This document shows positions 7,079-14,230 of a stretch of DNA of 39,003 bases, in pieces (within the stretch, counting starts at the first letter, position 1; each line of letters starts with the position of its first letter). The notes beneath the pieces were generated by a model, which was given only the letters and a program-made list of their open reading frames with translations, did not search any database and had not been told where the DNA came from. The position numbers and the translations under genes were made by a program. Location: the IMG/VR virus record IMGVR_UViG_3300045988_097822, positions 1-39,003 of that record. One strand, written 5' to 3'. This DNA comes from a virus.

Positions 7079-7507
7079 ATGGACGATTTATACAAATTGA
7101 TTGAGGGGAAATGTAAAGAAAGGGGCATCAAAATATCAAAGTTGTGTACCGATGTGGGCATAAGACAAAGCATCTTATCAGATTTAAAACATGGGCGGAC
7201 AAAAACACTTTCCGTCCCTACCGCAAGTAAATTAGCAGAGTATTTTGGCGTTGACATTACTGAATTTCTTGATTATGCAAACGAGGATTCAGTGGAAAGT
7301 TATTACGAAGGGTGGAAAGATGCATGTGAATCATCATGGGCGCCACCGGAATTTAGGGACGGGATTGCACAACAAGAAAAGCCCGCCCCCACGAATGGGG
7401 ACGGGCTGAGCGAAGATGATAAGCGGATCATTGAACTTTTACATCAGCTGACGCCGGAGAACCGGGAGCGGATCGTTGAGATAATAAAAGCTCTTGCATC
7501 GCAATAA
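7079..7507 (+). CDS. CI-like XRE-family repressor (N-terminal HTH, C-terminal L..L.PE..helix)
   Basis: ISKLCTDVGIRQSILSDLKHGRTKTLSVPTASKLAEYFGV is an HTH_3-type segment. The C-terminal sequence is LSEDDKRIIELLHQLTPENRERIVEIIKAL. Confidence 0.8.
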   Translation: MDDLYKLIEGKCKERGIKISKLCTDVGIRQSILSDLKHGRTKTLSVPTASKLAEYFGVDITEFLDYANEDSVESYYEGWKDACESSWAPPEFRDGIAQQEKPAPTNGDGLSEDDKRIIELLHQLTPENRERIVEIIKALASQ

Positions 7508-7571
7508 GTACGGCGGCTTGCTTCTCCGGCAGTAAGTTGCGGAAGGTTTTCAGAAATTCAAGGTCTGTCAT
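7428..7571 (-). CDS. Mini-ORF (47 aa), second stand-alone copy of the L..L.PEKQA helix. It converges on and overlaps the repressor 3' end by 80 nt.
   Basis: MTDLEFLKTFRNLLPEKQAAVLIAMQELLLSQ, with an AAAGGAGC RBS before the ATG at 7571. It is clearly similar to the 6549-6683 mini-ORF. Confidence 0.35.
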   Translation of the reverse strand: MTDLEFLKTFRNLLPEKQAAVLIAMQELLLSQRSAPGSPASADVKVQ

Positions 7572-7594
7572 GGGATGCTCCTTTCTATTTGAAA

Positions 7595-7621
7595 CCCCGG
7601 CCCGCCGAAGCGGGACCGGGG
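7595..7621. other. Strong GC hairpin (CCCCGGCCCGC cgaa GCGGGaCCGGGG)
   Basis: About 11 bp of stem with one bulge. A T-run is present only in the minus orientation. It may be a terminator or RNA-stability element. Confidence 0.4.
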
Positions 7622-7721
7622 AAAGGGGAGTGGGCCTATGAGAACAATAGACCCATTTAGCGGGAAAGTCCAATTCAAAGGGAGGATTTTCCTTGCAAAA
7701 AACTTTCAAGGAGGGGAAACG

Positions 7722-8075
7722 GTGAATTTTTCGGAAAAGGCGAGGGCAATGCGCATGAAAAGCCCGCTGACCCTGCGGGAAATCGGCGAGCAGTGCAATG
7801 CATCGGAAAGCATGGTATCGCGCTACATTTCCGGCGCGGCGAAACCGCCGGACGATGTGGCCGAAAAGATTCTGGAGGTGCTGCGGAACAGCGAACAGGA
7901 CGATGACCGGGGCATTTACGCCGCGCATATTGACGATCTGCGGCGGCTGATCCGCCAGCAGCAGAGGGAGAAGCGGGTCCTGTTTGGGATTCTCACGTTC
8001 CTTTTGATTTTTTTGCTGCTGCTCTATCTGGACGCTACTCACGGGGCCTGGGGCGCGATCCGTTACATAGAATAA
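7722..8075 (+). CDS. Membrane-anchored XRE-like HTH protein
   Basis: The GTG at 7722 lies 7 nt after AGGAGG. LTLREIGEQCNASESMVSRYISG is the HTH. VLFGILTFLLIFLLLLYL is a C-terminal TM helix. Confidence 0.6.
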   Translation: MNFSEKARAMRMKSPLTLREIGEQCNASESMVSRYISGAAKPPDDVAEKILEVLRNSEQDDDRGIYAAHIDDLRRLIRQQQREKRVLFGILTFLLIFLLLLYLDATHGAWGAIRYIE

Positions 8076-8099
8076 AAATTTTGATGGGAAGTGGGGAAA

Positions 8100-8822
8100 A
8101 TGACAGACCTTAAAGAGATTCTTTTCGTGTGCTCACTTCTATTTTTCTTTTTCGCATTAGTGACTGTGTGGGCACTCATAGCTTCCGTGTTTGAATTGAT
8201 CTTCAAGAGGAAAAAGATAGATTGGAGCATGTTTAACCTTGCCGATTTTTTCAGAAGTGCTTTTTCAGAAAAACATTCCATGACGGGTAAAATTGTTTAT
8301 GGAATTGTATTGCCGGCTGCTATTGTGGCTGGCGGTGTAAATGCGGCGCTCTGGCATTTCTGCTCCAAACCGGAGGTCGGGGCTTTTTATGAACAAGATA
8401 CATACAAGCAAAATTACGCATCCTGGCTGGATACTGGAACGAGCTCAATTTTCTGCATTGCAACAGTCTCCAAGTACGAGGGATACACCATCGAAAATAT
8501 ACGCCTTCCGTATGGGAGGGAAGACAGTGGCGATTCCGAATATGACCCCCAAAAGAATGTTGCCAGCGTGTATATGGGACCGGAAGGGGTAGACTGTGAC
8601 CTATCCCTCGACCACGTTGCTACTGCTATGGACTACGAATTTCTACGGACCTATACCATTACGAACTATGGGGAGTTCTGCGCAAGCAGACGCGGAGATA
8701 CCTATCATTTTTCAGACTGCCCATACGTGAACCAAATAAAGCCTGAGAATTTAATTTATTTCAACAGCTGCGATGATGCTATGGCGTTAGGGTTTGAGCC
8801 ATGCGGTTTTTGTGGCGGATAG
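8100..8822 (+). CDS. Two-TM membrane protein with a C-terminal YH..C...PCxxC zinc motif (low-GC moron)
   Basis: The TM helices are ILFVCSLLFFFFALVTVWALIASVF and IVYGIVLPAAIVAGGVNAALW. The C-terminus is GDTYHFSDCPYVNQIKPENLIYFNSCDDAMALGFEPCGFCGG. The gene is visibly more AT-rich than its flanks. Confidence 0.6.
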   Translation: MTDLKEILFVCSLLFFFFALVTVWALIASVFELIFKRKKIDWSMFNLADFFRSAFSEKHSMTGKIVYGIVLPAAIVAGGVNAALWHFCSKPEVGAFYEQDTYKQNYASWLDTGTSSIFCIATVSKYEGYTIENIRLPYGREDSGDSEYDPQKNVASVYMGPEGVDCDLSLDHVATAMDYEFLRTYTITNYGEFCASRRGDTYHFSDCPYVNQIKPENLIYFNSCDDAMALGFEPCGFCGG

Positions 8823-8843
8823 GGTATAACAGAATAAAAAAAC

Positions 8844-8873
8844 GCCGTCTGAGTGTGGGAACACTCAGACGGC
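8844..8873. terminator. Perfect 13-bp hairpin bounding the low-GC moron
   Basis: GCCGTCTGAGTGT ggga ACACTCAGACGGC. An A7 run lies on the left, which is a U-tract only when read on the minus strand. Confidence 0.5.
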
Positions 8874-8966
8874 AAACCCACCAATCGCAATCACGACAAA
8901 GCCAAAGGAGGATCAGTCACAGTATAGCACGATCCCCCTGGCGATGCAACAGGAGGAAAGGAAAAA

Positions 8967-10085
8967 ATGGCGAAAAAGGAGAAGTATTACAAAAGGCCGG
9001 ACGGGCTATTTGAGGCCATTCGGACGGTGAACGGAAAGCGGAAGGCGTTCCGGGGCAGAACCTGCCGGGAGGTAGATCGGAAGATCCTGGAATACCGGGA
9101 CGAAGCTGAAAAGGGATGGACATTTACCAAAGCGGCGGACAACTGGTATCGGGAAATCGAAACGGAAGTTGCCCATGCGACCTACCGCAACTATGGAAAC
9201 ACCATGCGGCGGCTGGTGGCAAGGTTTGGGCCGGAGCGGATCGCGGAGATCACGCCGGAGGAAATCGTGGCCTATATCCGACAGTTTGAGAAGAAAGACT
9301 ATTCCCGGGACACGGTGCAGCTTGAAATCTCCGTTTTGAAGCTGATTTTCCGGTCGGCCATCAACCGCAGAACGGAAAGCGGGCTTGCCGTCAATCCGGC
9401 GGCGGAGGTCCGCAAGTCAAAGGGCCTGAAACACCGGGTCAGAACGGCGCTGACGGAAGAACAGGAAGCAAAGGTTGAAGCCACGGCCAGAGAGAAGCGG
9501 GGCGAGTGGTGGCTGCTGGGGTATTTCCTCATGTACACCGGTTTACGCCGGGGTGAGGCGCTGGCGCTGACATGGCGGGACATCGACCGCAAAGCCGGTG
9601 TGATCCATGTGTGCAAAAAGCTGAACTATGACAACGCCAATGTGCCCTTGCTAGAGGATCACATGAAATCCGAGAACGGCAGGCGGGATGTCCCTATCTT
9701 TGACGAGCTGGCGCGGATGCTTCCGCGAAACCAGATCGGCTATGTGTTTCCGTCCCCGGATACCGGAAAGTATCTAACTGCGTATGAGCTTGCCAAATAC
9801 TGGAAGCAATATTGCCGGGATGCCGGGTTGATGGATACAATCACCGCCGACAACGGGAAACAGAAGGAAAAAACGCAAGTCTCCCCCCACTGCTTCCGGC
9901 ACACCTTTGCAACGATCTGCTACGAAGCCGGGGTGGATGCCCGGACGGCGGCGGAGTGGCTGGGGGACAGCGTGGCGGTCATGGAAAAGGTCTATATCAA
10001 CCTGCGCAAGAACCACCGGAGCGACAGCGTGCGGCAGGTCAACGAACATCTTTCCAGGGCGAAAGCGGCGGGGGAAAGATCTTAA
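8967..10085 (+). CDS. int: Tyrosine recombinase / phage integrase
   Basis: An N-terminal SAM-like domain is present. The catalytic region reads GLRRGEALALTWRDID ... HCFRHTFAT ... MEKVYINL (R..HxxR..Y). Confidence 0.9.
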   Translation: MAKKEKYYKRPDGLFEAIRTVNGKRKAFRGRTCREVDRKILEYRDEAEKGWTFTKAADNWYREIETEVAHATYRNYGNTMRRLVARFGPERIAEITPEEIVAYIRQFEKKDYSRDTVQLEISVLKLIFRSAINRRTESGLAVNPAAEVRKSKGLKHRVRTALTEEQEAKVEATAREKRGEWWLLGYFLMYTGLRRGEALALTWRDIDRKAGVIHVCKKLNYDNANVPLLEDHMKSENGRRDVPIFDELARMLPRNQIGYVFPSPDTGKYLTAYELAKYWKQYCRDAGLMDTITADNGKQKEKTQVSPHCFRHTFATICYEAGVDARTAAEWLGDSVAVMEKVYINLRKNHRSDSVRQVNEHLSRAKAAGERS

Positions 10086-10335
10086 CAAACAAACGGCGTC
10101 AAGTGTGTAGATTCTGTGTCGAACCGCACGCAAAGCAGCCGCAACAAAGGCAAAAATACGCAACCTAAGAAAGCGGCTAAGAGCGTTGATATATAACGTT
10201 TTTTAGGGAAATTTTGCGTGAATTGGTGTTTTGCGGTGTAGGGGGAAACTGTAACGGAATTGTAACATGATTTGAGGAATGGCAAGGGATTGCGGCTATA
10301 CTGTGAAGGTACTGTGAAGCATGGAGAAAACGGCA
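10086..10335. other. Putative attP region
   Basis: This non-coding stretch lies directly 3' of int. It contains TACTGTGAAG twice (10299-10308, 10310-10319) and TGTAAC twice (10250-10255, 10261-10266), each pair with an 11-nt period. Confidence 0.3.
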
Positions 10336-10343
10336 TAAAAAAT

Positions 10344-10380
10344 CAGCGGCTCGGATGGCTCCGGGCCGCTGTTCTTTTTC
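10344..10380. terminator. Bidirectional intrinsic terminator
   Basis: CAGCGGCtCGG atggct CCGgGCCGCTG, flanked by AAAAAAT on the left and TTCTTTTT on the right. It lies between convergent int and the 10386 gene. Confidence 0.7.
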
Positions 10381-10385
10381 GATTG

Positions 10386-10841
10386 TCAACGCTCCCAACT
10401 GCGCTTCTCGGTGTCTTGATAGGTCTCAATGCCGGGGCGCTGGTGCTTCAGCTCCGCGAACCGAGCAAAGGCTTTCCGGCGCTCCGTGCCAAAATATTTC
10501 TCGTCCAAAACGCGCTCCGTGGTTCCGTCCTCATAGGTGCGGACGATCCGCACAAAGTAGATTACCGGCTTGCCCCTGTAACCGGGGTCACGGGTCAGCT
10601 CCAGCCGGTCACGGTATGCGGCAGTCGCAAGGGCGGCGTATCGCTCCGCCAGAGCTGCGCGGTACTCGGTCAGCTGGCCGATCAGCTCGTTACATCGGGC
10701 AATCATCCGGGCGGCGCTGTCATCGTGGGCCTTAATGCGGTCGGCGGTCAGGACGTCAGGCCGGAGCAGATAGGTGGTCAGCCGTATTTCCGCTTCCCGG
10801 CTGGGGTTGCCGTAGCGCTGGAAGAGGTCAAGATAGCTCAT
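10386..10841 (-). CDS. Hypothetical protein
   Basis: The ORF starts at MSYLDLFQRY with an ATGA overlap to the upstream gene. Confidence 0.55.
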   Translation of the reverse strand: MSYLDLFQRYGNPSREAEIRLTTYLLRPDVLTADRIKAHDDSAARMIARCNELIGQLTEYRAALAERYAALATAAYRDRLELTRDPGYRGKPVIYFVRIVRTYEDGTTERVLDEKYFGTERRKAFARFAELKHQRPGIETYQDTEKRSWER

Positions 10842-11050
10842 GCGGTGGCCTCCTCTTCGATCTGCTCCACCTGATCCCACGTCAGGAACCCGGCGGAAAC
10901 GATGCGGCTTTCAATGTCGGAAAGAACCGCGCAGGATTCCATGGAGAATCTGGCGGGAGAAAGTAAAAACGCGGCGGTGCGGCGGAGATACCCGGCTGCG
11001 GTCTGGCGGCTGATGACGGAGCCGGGAACGCTGATAGCATAGGGTTTCAT
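10838..11050 (-). CDS. Hypothetical protein
   Basis: 70-aa ORF within the operon. Confidence 0.45.
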   Translation of the reverse strand: MKPYAISVPGSVISRQTAAGYLRRTAAFLLSPARFSMESCAVLSDIESRIVSAGFLTWDQVEQIEEEATA

Positions 11051-11064
11051 GGTTCATTCTCCTT

Positions 11065-11262
11065 TCAGTGGGTGGCGTGGAGGATCTGCCAGAGATCCCC
11101 GACGGCGGAAACGGTCAGGCCCATTTCAGCGGCGGCACGGCGGGCGGCGTCCTCGGTGCGGTAGGCTTTGCCGTTGGTGGGGTTCGTGCCGGTCTCGGTG
11201 ACGGCTTTCACGGTGTAGCGGGTGCGCTTACCGTAGCCGCTGGATTCGATTGCATAAATCAT
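11065..11262 (-). CDS. Hypothetical small protein
   Basis: MIYAIESSGYGKRTRYTVKAV..., with an AAAGGAG RBS before the ATG at 11262. Confidence 0.45.
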   Translation of the reverse strand: MIYAIESSGYGKRTRYTVKAVTETGTNPTNGKAYRTEDAARRAAAEMGLTVSAVGDLWQILHATH

Positions 11263-11296
11263 ATCAATGCTCCTTTCTGGTGGTGGCGCGCCCCGG

Positions 11297-11797
11297 TCAA
11301 GCCGGGAGCGCGTCGGAGTTGGTGGAGCGGGCAAAGGTGGTGCTTCCGTACTTGCTGCGGATCTCGGCCATGGTCTTGGTGCCCTTGTGCCAGCGCTGGC
11401 CCTCTTCGGCGAAATGCCAACTCCATAGCTTCTTAGTGGAGGACCAGCGGCACCCGGCAGCCTTCAGGGCTTCTTTGTGCTCCTTGGTGTTGCCGCCGAT
11501 CCAGAGCCAGCGACCGCACAACTCAATTTCGAGGCCGTCCAGCTTCAGCAGGGCCGCGATAATGGCGATGAAATCGCCGGCGCTCTCGGTGGTGGCGTGG
11601 GTCCGTCCGGTGGTGTCCTCGGCGGCCTGCTCGTTCTGGCTGCGCTTGAGCACCTCAAACCGGGCGGAATACTCGGCGTTGATGGCCTGCATGGTGGCGG
11701 TGTCTCCGCCTTTGTCGGGGTGGTTCTGCATGGCGGCGGCCTTGTAAGCCTTCTTCAGCTCGTCGAGGTTCTTGCAGTTGATGAAATAAGTAGTCAT
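11297..11797 (-). CDS. J-domain (DnaJ-like) protein
   Basis: LKKAYKAAAMQNHPDKGGD contains the HPD tripeptide of J domains. The C-terminal sequence is LEIELCGRWLWIGGNTKEHKEALKAAGCRWSSTKKLWSW. Confidence 0.75.
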   Translation of the reverse strand: MTTYFINCKNLDELKKAYKAAAMQNHPDKGGDTATMQAINAEYSARFEVLKRSQNEQAAEDTTGRTHATTESAGDFIAIIAALLKLDGLEIELCGRWLWIGGNTKEHKEALKAAGCRWSSTKKLWSWHFAEEGQRWHKGTKTMAEIRSKYGSTTFARSTNSDALPA

Positions 11798-11857
11798 TTT
11801 GTAATCCTTTCCGGCCTGTCGGCCTGTGGCGTTGTCGTGTTTGCTTTTGTTGCCTGA

Positions 11858-11887
11858 ATTATAAGGCGGACTGATACGAGCTGTCAA
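11858..11887 (-). promoter_or_regulatory. Consensus sigma70-type promoter driving the J-domain operon
   Basis: The reverse complement reads TTGACA, an 18-nt spacer, then TATAAT. Confidence 0.6.
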
Positions 11888-11963
11888 GGGGGTTTTCGCA
11901 AATTCGTGCAGGTTTGGCAGGTTCGCACAGTATCAGGCGGACTTTTTTGTGCATGTTGTCAGG

Positions 11964-11992
11964 CTGACTTATACGCGCCTATGCGATATAAT
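11964..11992 (+). promoter_or_regulatory. Divergent promoter candidate for the RHH-nuclease pair
   Basis: CTGACT-17-TATAAT (the -10 is at 11987-11992), followed by an AAGGGGG RBS and a TTG start. Confidence 0.4.
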
Positions 11993-12016
11993 AAAACGCA
12001 AAAGGGGGTGTAACTA

Positions 12017-12214
12017 TTGGAGCACAAGACATTGAGGACCAGCGACGCCCAGCGCCGCGCCTCTCTCAAATGGGAGCACGCGAACAACGAGAAAATCACG
12101 GTCAAGCTGAGGACCGGCAGCGACCCCAGCAAGGCCCAGATCAGAGCGGCAGCAGCCGCCGCAGGCCAGAGCGTCAACGCCTGGATTATTGAGGCCATCC
12201 GGGACAAGCTGTAA
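12017..12214 (+). CDS. Ribbon-helix-helix (Arc/CopG-like) DNA-binding protein
   Basis: It has a TTG start. The C-terminal SVNAWIIEAIRDKL is typical of RHH and antitoxin-type proteins. Confidence 0.5.
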   Translation: MEHKTLRTSDAQRRASLKWEHANNEKITVKLRTGSDPSKAQIRAAAAAAGQSVNAWIIEAIRDKL

Positions 12215-12228
12215 GGGGGTGAGACGCG

Positions 12229-12600
12229 ATGTCGAAGCAGCGCAAAGAATCACAGTATAACGAGGCTGGAGAGCTGGTTTATCAGGTCGGCAACAATGGC
12301 CCAGCGGGTGACGTTTCAGGCGTCAGAGAACCGGCAAACAAGGCGGAGGCACAATGCTTCAAGCTGTTGCAGGACAACGGATGGACGCCGACAAAGCGCG
12401 GATGGCCGGACTTCTTCTGCATCAAGGGAAACCGGGTCTGTGCGGTCGAGGTAAAACCGCGAAGCACAACGCCGCTAAAGAAGAACCAGCTTGTAATCAT
12501 GGGCGAATTATCAGCAAAGGGAATCCCCTGCTTCCTCTGGTCGCCGGATGGAGGCTTTGAGGAAGTCAAGGGAGTAATTCGTAACTGCCTAATCGAATAG
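12229..12600 (+). CDS. PD-(D/E)XK nuclease (VRR-NUC / Hjc-like)
   Basis: GWPDFFCIKGNRVCAVEVKPRSTTPLKKNQ gives a D...E-x-K core. Confidence 0.6.
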   Translation: MSKQRKESQYNEAGELVYQVGNNGPAGDVSGVREPANKAEAQCFKLLQDNGWTPTKRGWPDFFCIKGNRVCAVEVKPRSTTPLKKNQLVIMGELSAKGIPCFLWSPDGGFEEVKGVIRNCLIE

Positions 12601-12660
12601 CAAAGCAACCCGCCGGGGTGTGGATCTGTCAAGGTTCACGCCTCGGCTTTTCATGTCATA

Positions 12661-12717
12661 GGGGGAACCATAAGGGGAACCATGGGGGGAAACCTTAAGG
12701 AAGGGGGGAAGGAAGGG
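12661..12717 (+). repeat. Purine-rich G-run tandem repeats (GGGGAACCAT-like units)
   Basis: GGGGGAACCATAA GGGGAACCAT GGGGGGAAACCTTAA GGAAGGGGGGAAGGAAGGG. Confidence 0.7.
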
Positions 12718-12736
12718 TTACAGGAGGGGGCGTATT

Positions 12737-12782
12737 CCCCCTACCCCAGAGAGATAAATATATATTTCTTACAGGGGGGTGT
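12737..12782. promoter_or_regulatory. Second copy (B) of the C-run / AT-core / G-run element seen at 2781-2836
   Basis: CCCCCTACCCC AGAGAGATAAATATATAT TTCTTAC AGGGGGGTGT. The 18-nt core is identical to 2793-2810. Confidence 0.6.
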
Positions 12783-12840
12783 TATATATATACTCTACCG
12801 AGAGAGTACCGGAAGAAGGAGAGCCAGCGAATAAAAAACG

Positions 12841-12876
12841 CGAGAGAACGAGAGAAAACGGGAGCAAAACGGAGCA
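12841..12876 (+). repeat. Iteron-like 10-11 nt tandem repeats
   Basis: cGAGAGAACG AGAGAAAACG GGAGCAAAACG GAGCA. Confidence 0.6.
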
Positions 12877-13504
12877 TTTGTGAGGTATTCGGAGATATTC
12901 GCAGATAGGCCGGTGATCCGGTCAGAGGTCAGCGGCTCCAATTCGGCGGGGCAATTACCCTTTTCCGGTGAGATTTAAGGGGCTATTAAATATTTCCGTT
13001 GGGACTGCTGGGCTTCGGCTGTTGCTGTGTCGATTCTGTGTATTTCCTCTTCCGGCCTGGGCAATTCCTGTTGCCTGCTCCGGCTGGGGGCTGATTCCAT
13101 CAGGACGGGCCGAGGCTTCACCGGCTGGGGGTCAGGGGGCCAGAGGTAGAGACCAGAGAGCAGGGGGTTAGGGGGGTAGCGGAAAAACAGGGGGTGTCTC
13201 TCGCGCGGGGTATAGGGCTATATATCCACATCCCCTCCCCCCTTTCACAGACCTCTTTGCACTGGCATGTCAGCTGCGGGAAGCTATGCCGGTGCTCCCT
13301 CTGGGTGGGGGTGGCGGAAAAAGGGGGCGGGGGATTTTATGTAGAACATTACGAAAATAACTGAAACCCATTGTGTCCACTTGACGAAATATGCTTGAAT
13401 GAAGTTGGCGGGATAGAATCCGCCTGCCTCCTGTGTCAGACGCCAGTTTTCACCTTCAGTTCCTTTCCTGTTGCCCGGTGGGTCCGAACAGCCCACCGGA
13501 GCAT

Positions 13505-13580
13505 GGTTTCGTAGCTCAGCTGGAAGAGCGAGCGGTTGTTAACCGCTGGGTCGCAGGTTCGAGTCCTGCCGGGACCGCCA
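13505..13580 (+). tRNA. tRNA-Asn(GTT): tRNA-Asn (anticodon GTT) with encoded CCA
   Basis: Manual cloverleaf of 76 nt. Acceptor stem: GGTTTCG/CGGGACC. D arm: GCTC-AGCTGGAA-GAGC. Anticodon arm: AGCGG-TTGTTAA-CCGCT. T arm: GCAGG-TTCGAGT-CCTGC. The 3' end is the discriminator G followed by CCA. Confidence 0.9.
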
Positions 13581-14230
13581 GAAGCCGGGTCGCACCCGGA
13601 CAATGTGAGACCGTTCGTCATGGCTCATATGGGAATGACAATGCTCGCTGAAAACTGCGCTTGTCTTGATGCGTCAAGACCGGTTTGACCTGACGGAATA
13701 GGGGCTATGACTTTTCGGAGCGTAGTTGCCGGTAGCGTGTGACAATCTAAGCGAGAAAGACGGCCAATATGCGGCATAGGTGCCCCGTAAGGGGAGACCA
13801 CAGCGAGTGACGGGGACTTTCCTCGAAGCGCTAAAGCAGGGCAGGACTGCAATGCCGTACCAGATGTATGCTACCGCATTGCGGCACCACGGAAGGGTAA
13901 GACCGCTACAAGGGGCTTGCCTGTGCGCTGTATGAAAGCGGCAGGCCGAATAATAATTATTTGGCTGGCTCCGGCTATGAATGAAGAAACGGATGCGACT
14001 GACATACCGGCGCAGGGCTGAAAAGTTCCGTGGTTAGCGCGTACAGAACCATGCAGAGCGAACTCCGAGGCGTGTTCATCGAAAGGTATGCGGAAGTGGT
14101 GAGGTAACGGCTGCCCTTGGGCAAGGCCGTTGTGTAGGGCAGTATGCTTGCCCGGTTCTGTACGGCTAATTGTGTAAGCAATCCAAACGGAGCGCAATGC
14201 CGTACCAGAATTTTTTGTGAGAGGGGGGCC
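13581..14230 (+). ncRNA. Candidate large structured non-coding RNA (ROOL/GOLLD-class hypothesis). Ends and strand are provisional.
   Basis: About 650 nt has no credible ORF. Hairpins are dense: CCGGGTcgcACCCGG, GTCTTGAtgcgTCAAGAC, CCCCgtaaGGGG (GNRA loop), ACGGCTGCCcttgGGCAagGCCGT and GCAATGC..GCATTGC. The 16-nt GCAATGCCGTACCAGA occurs twice. The stable tetraloops read correctly only on the + strand. Confidence 0.4.

Noticed and set aside
7428-8042. 204-aa minus-strand ORF (full-length version)
   Set aside because: Most of it is antisense to the membrane-anchored HTH gene. Only the last 47 codons (from MTDLEF, with an RBS) look like a real product.
13505-13580. tRNA as an attP fragment or integration-site remnant
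   Set aside because: The full 76-nt cloverleaf with CCA is present, and it lies 3.4 kb from int. The non-coding stretch directly 3' of int is a better attP candidate.
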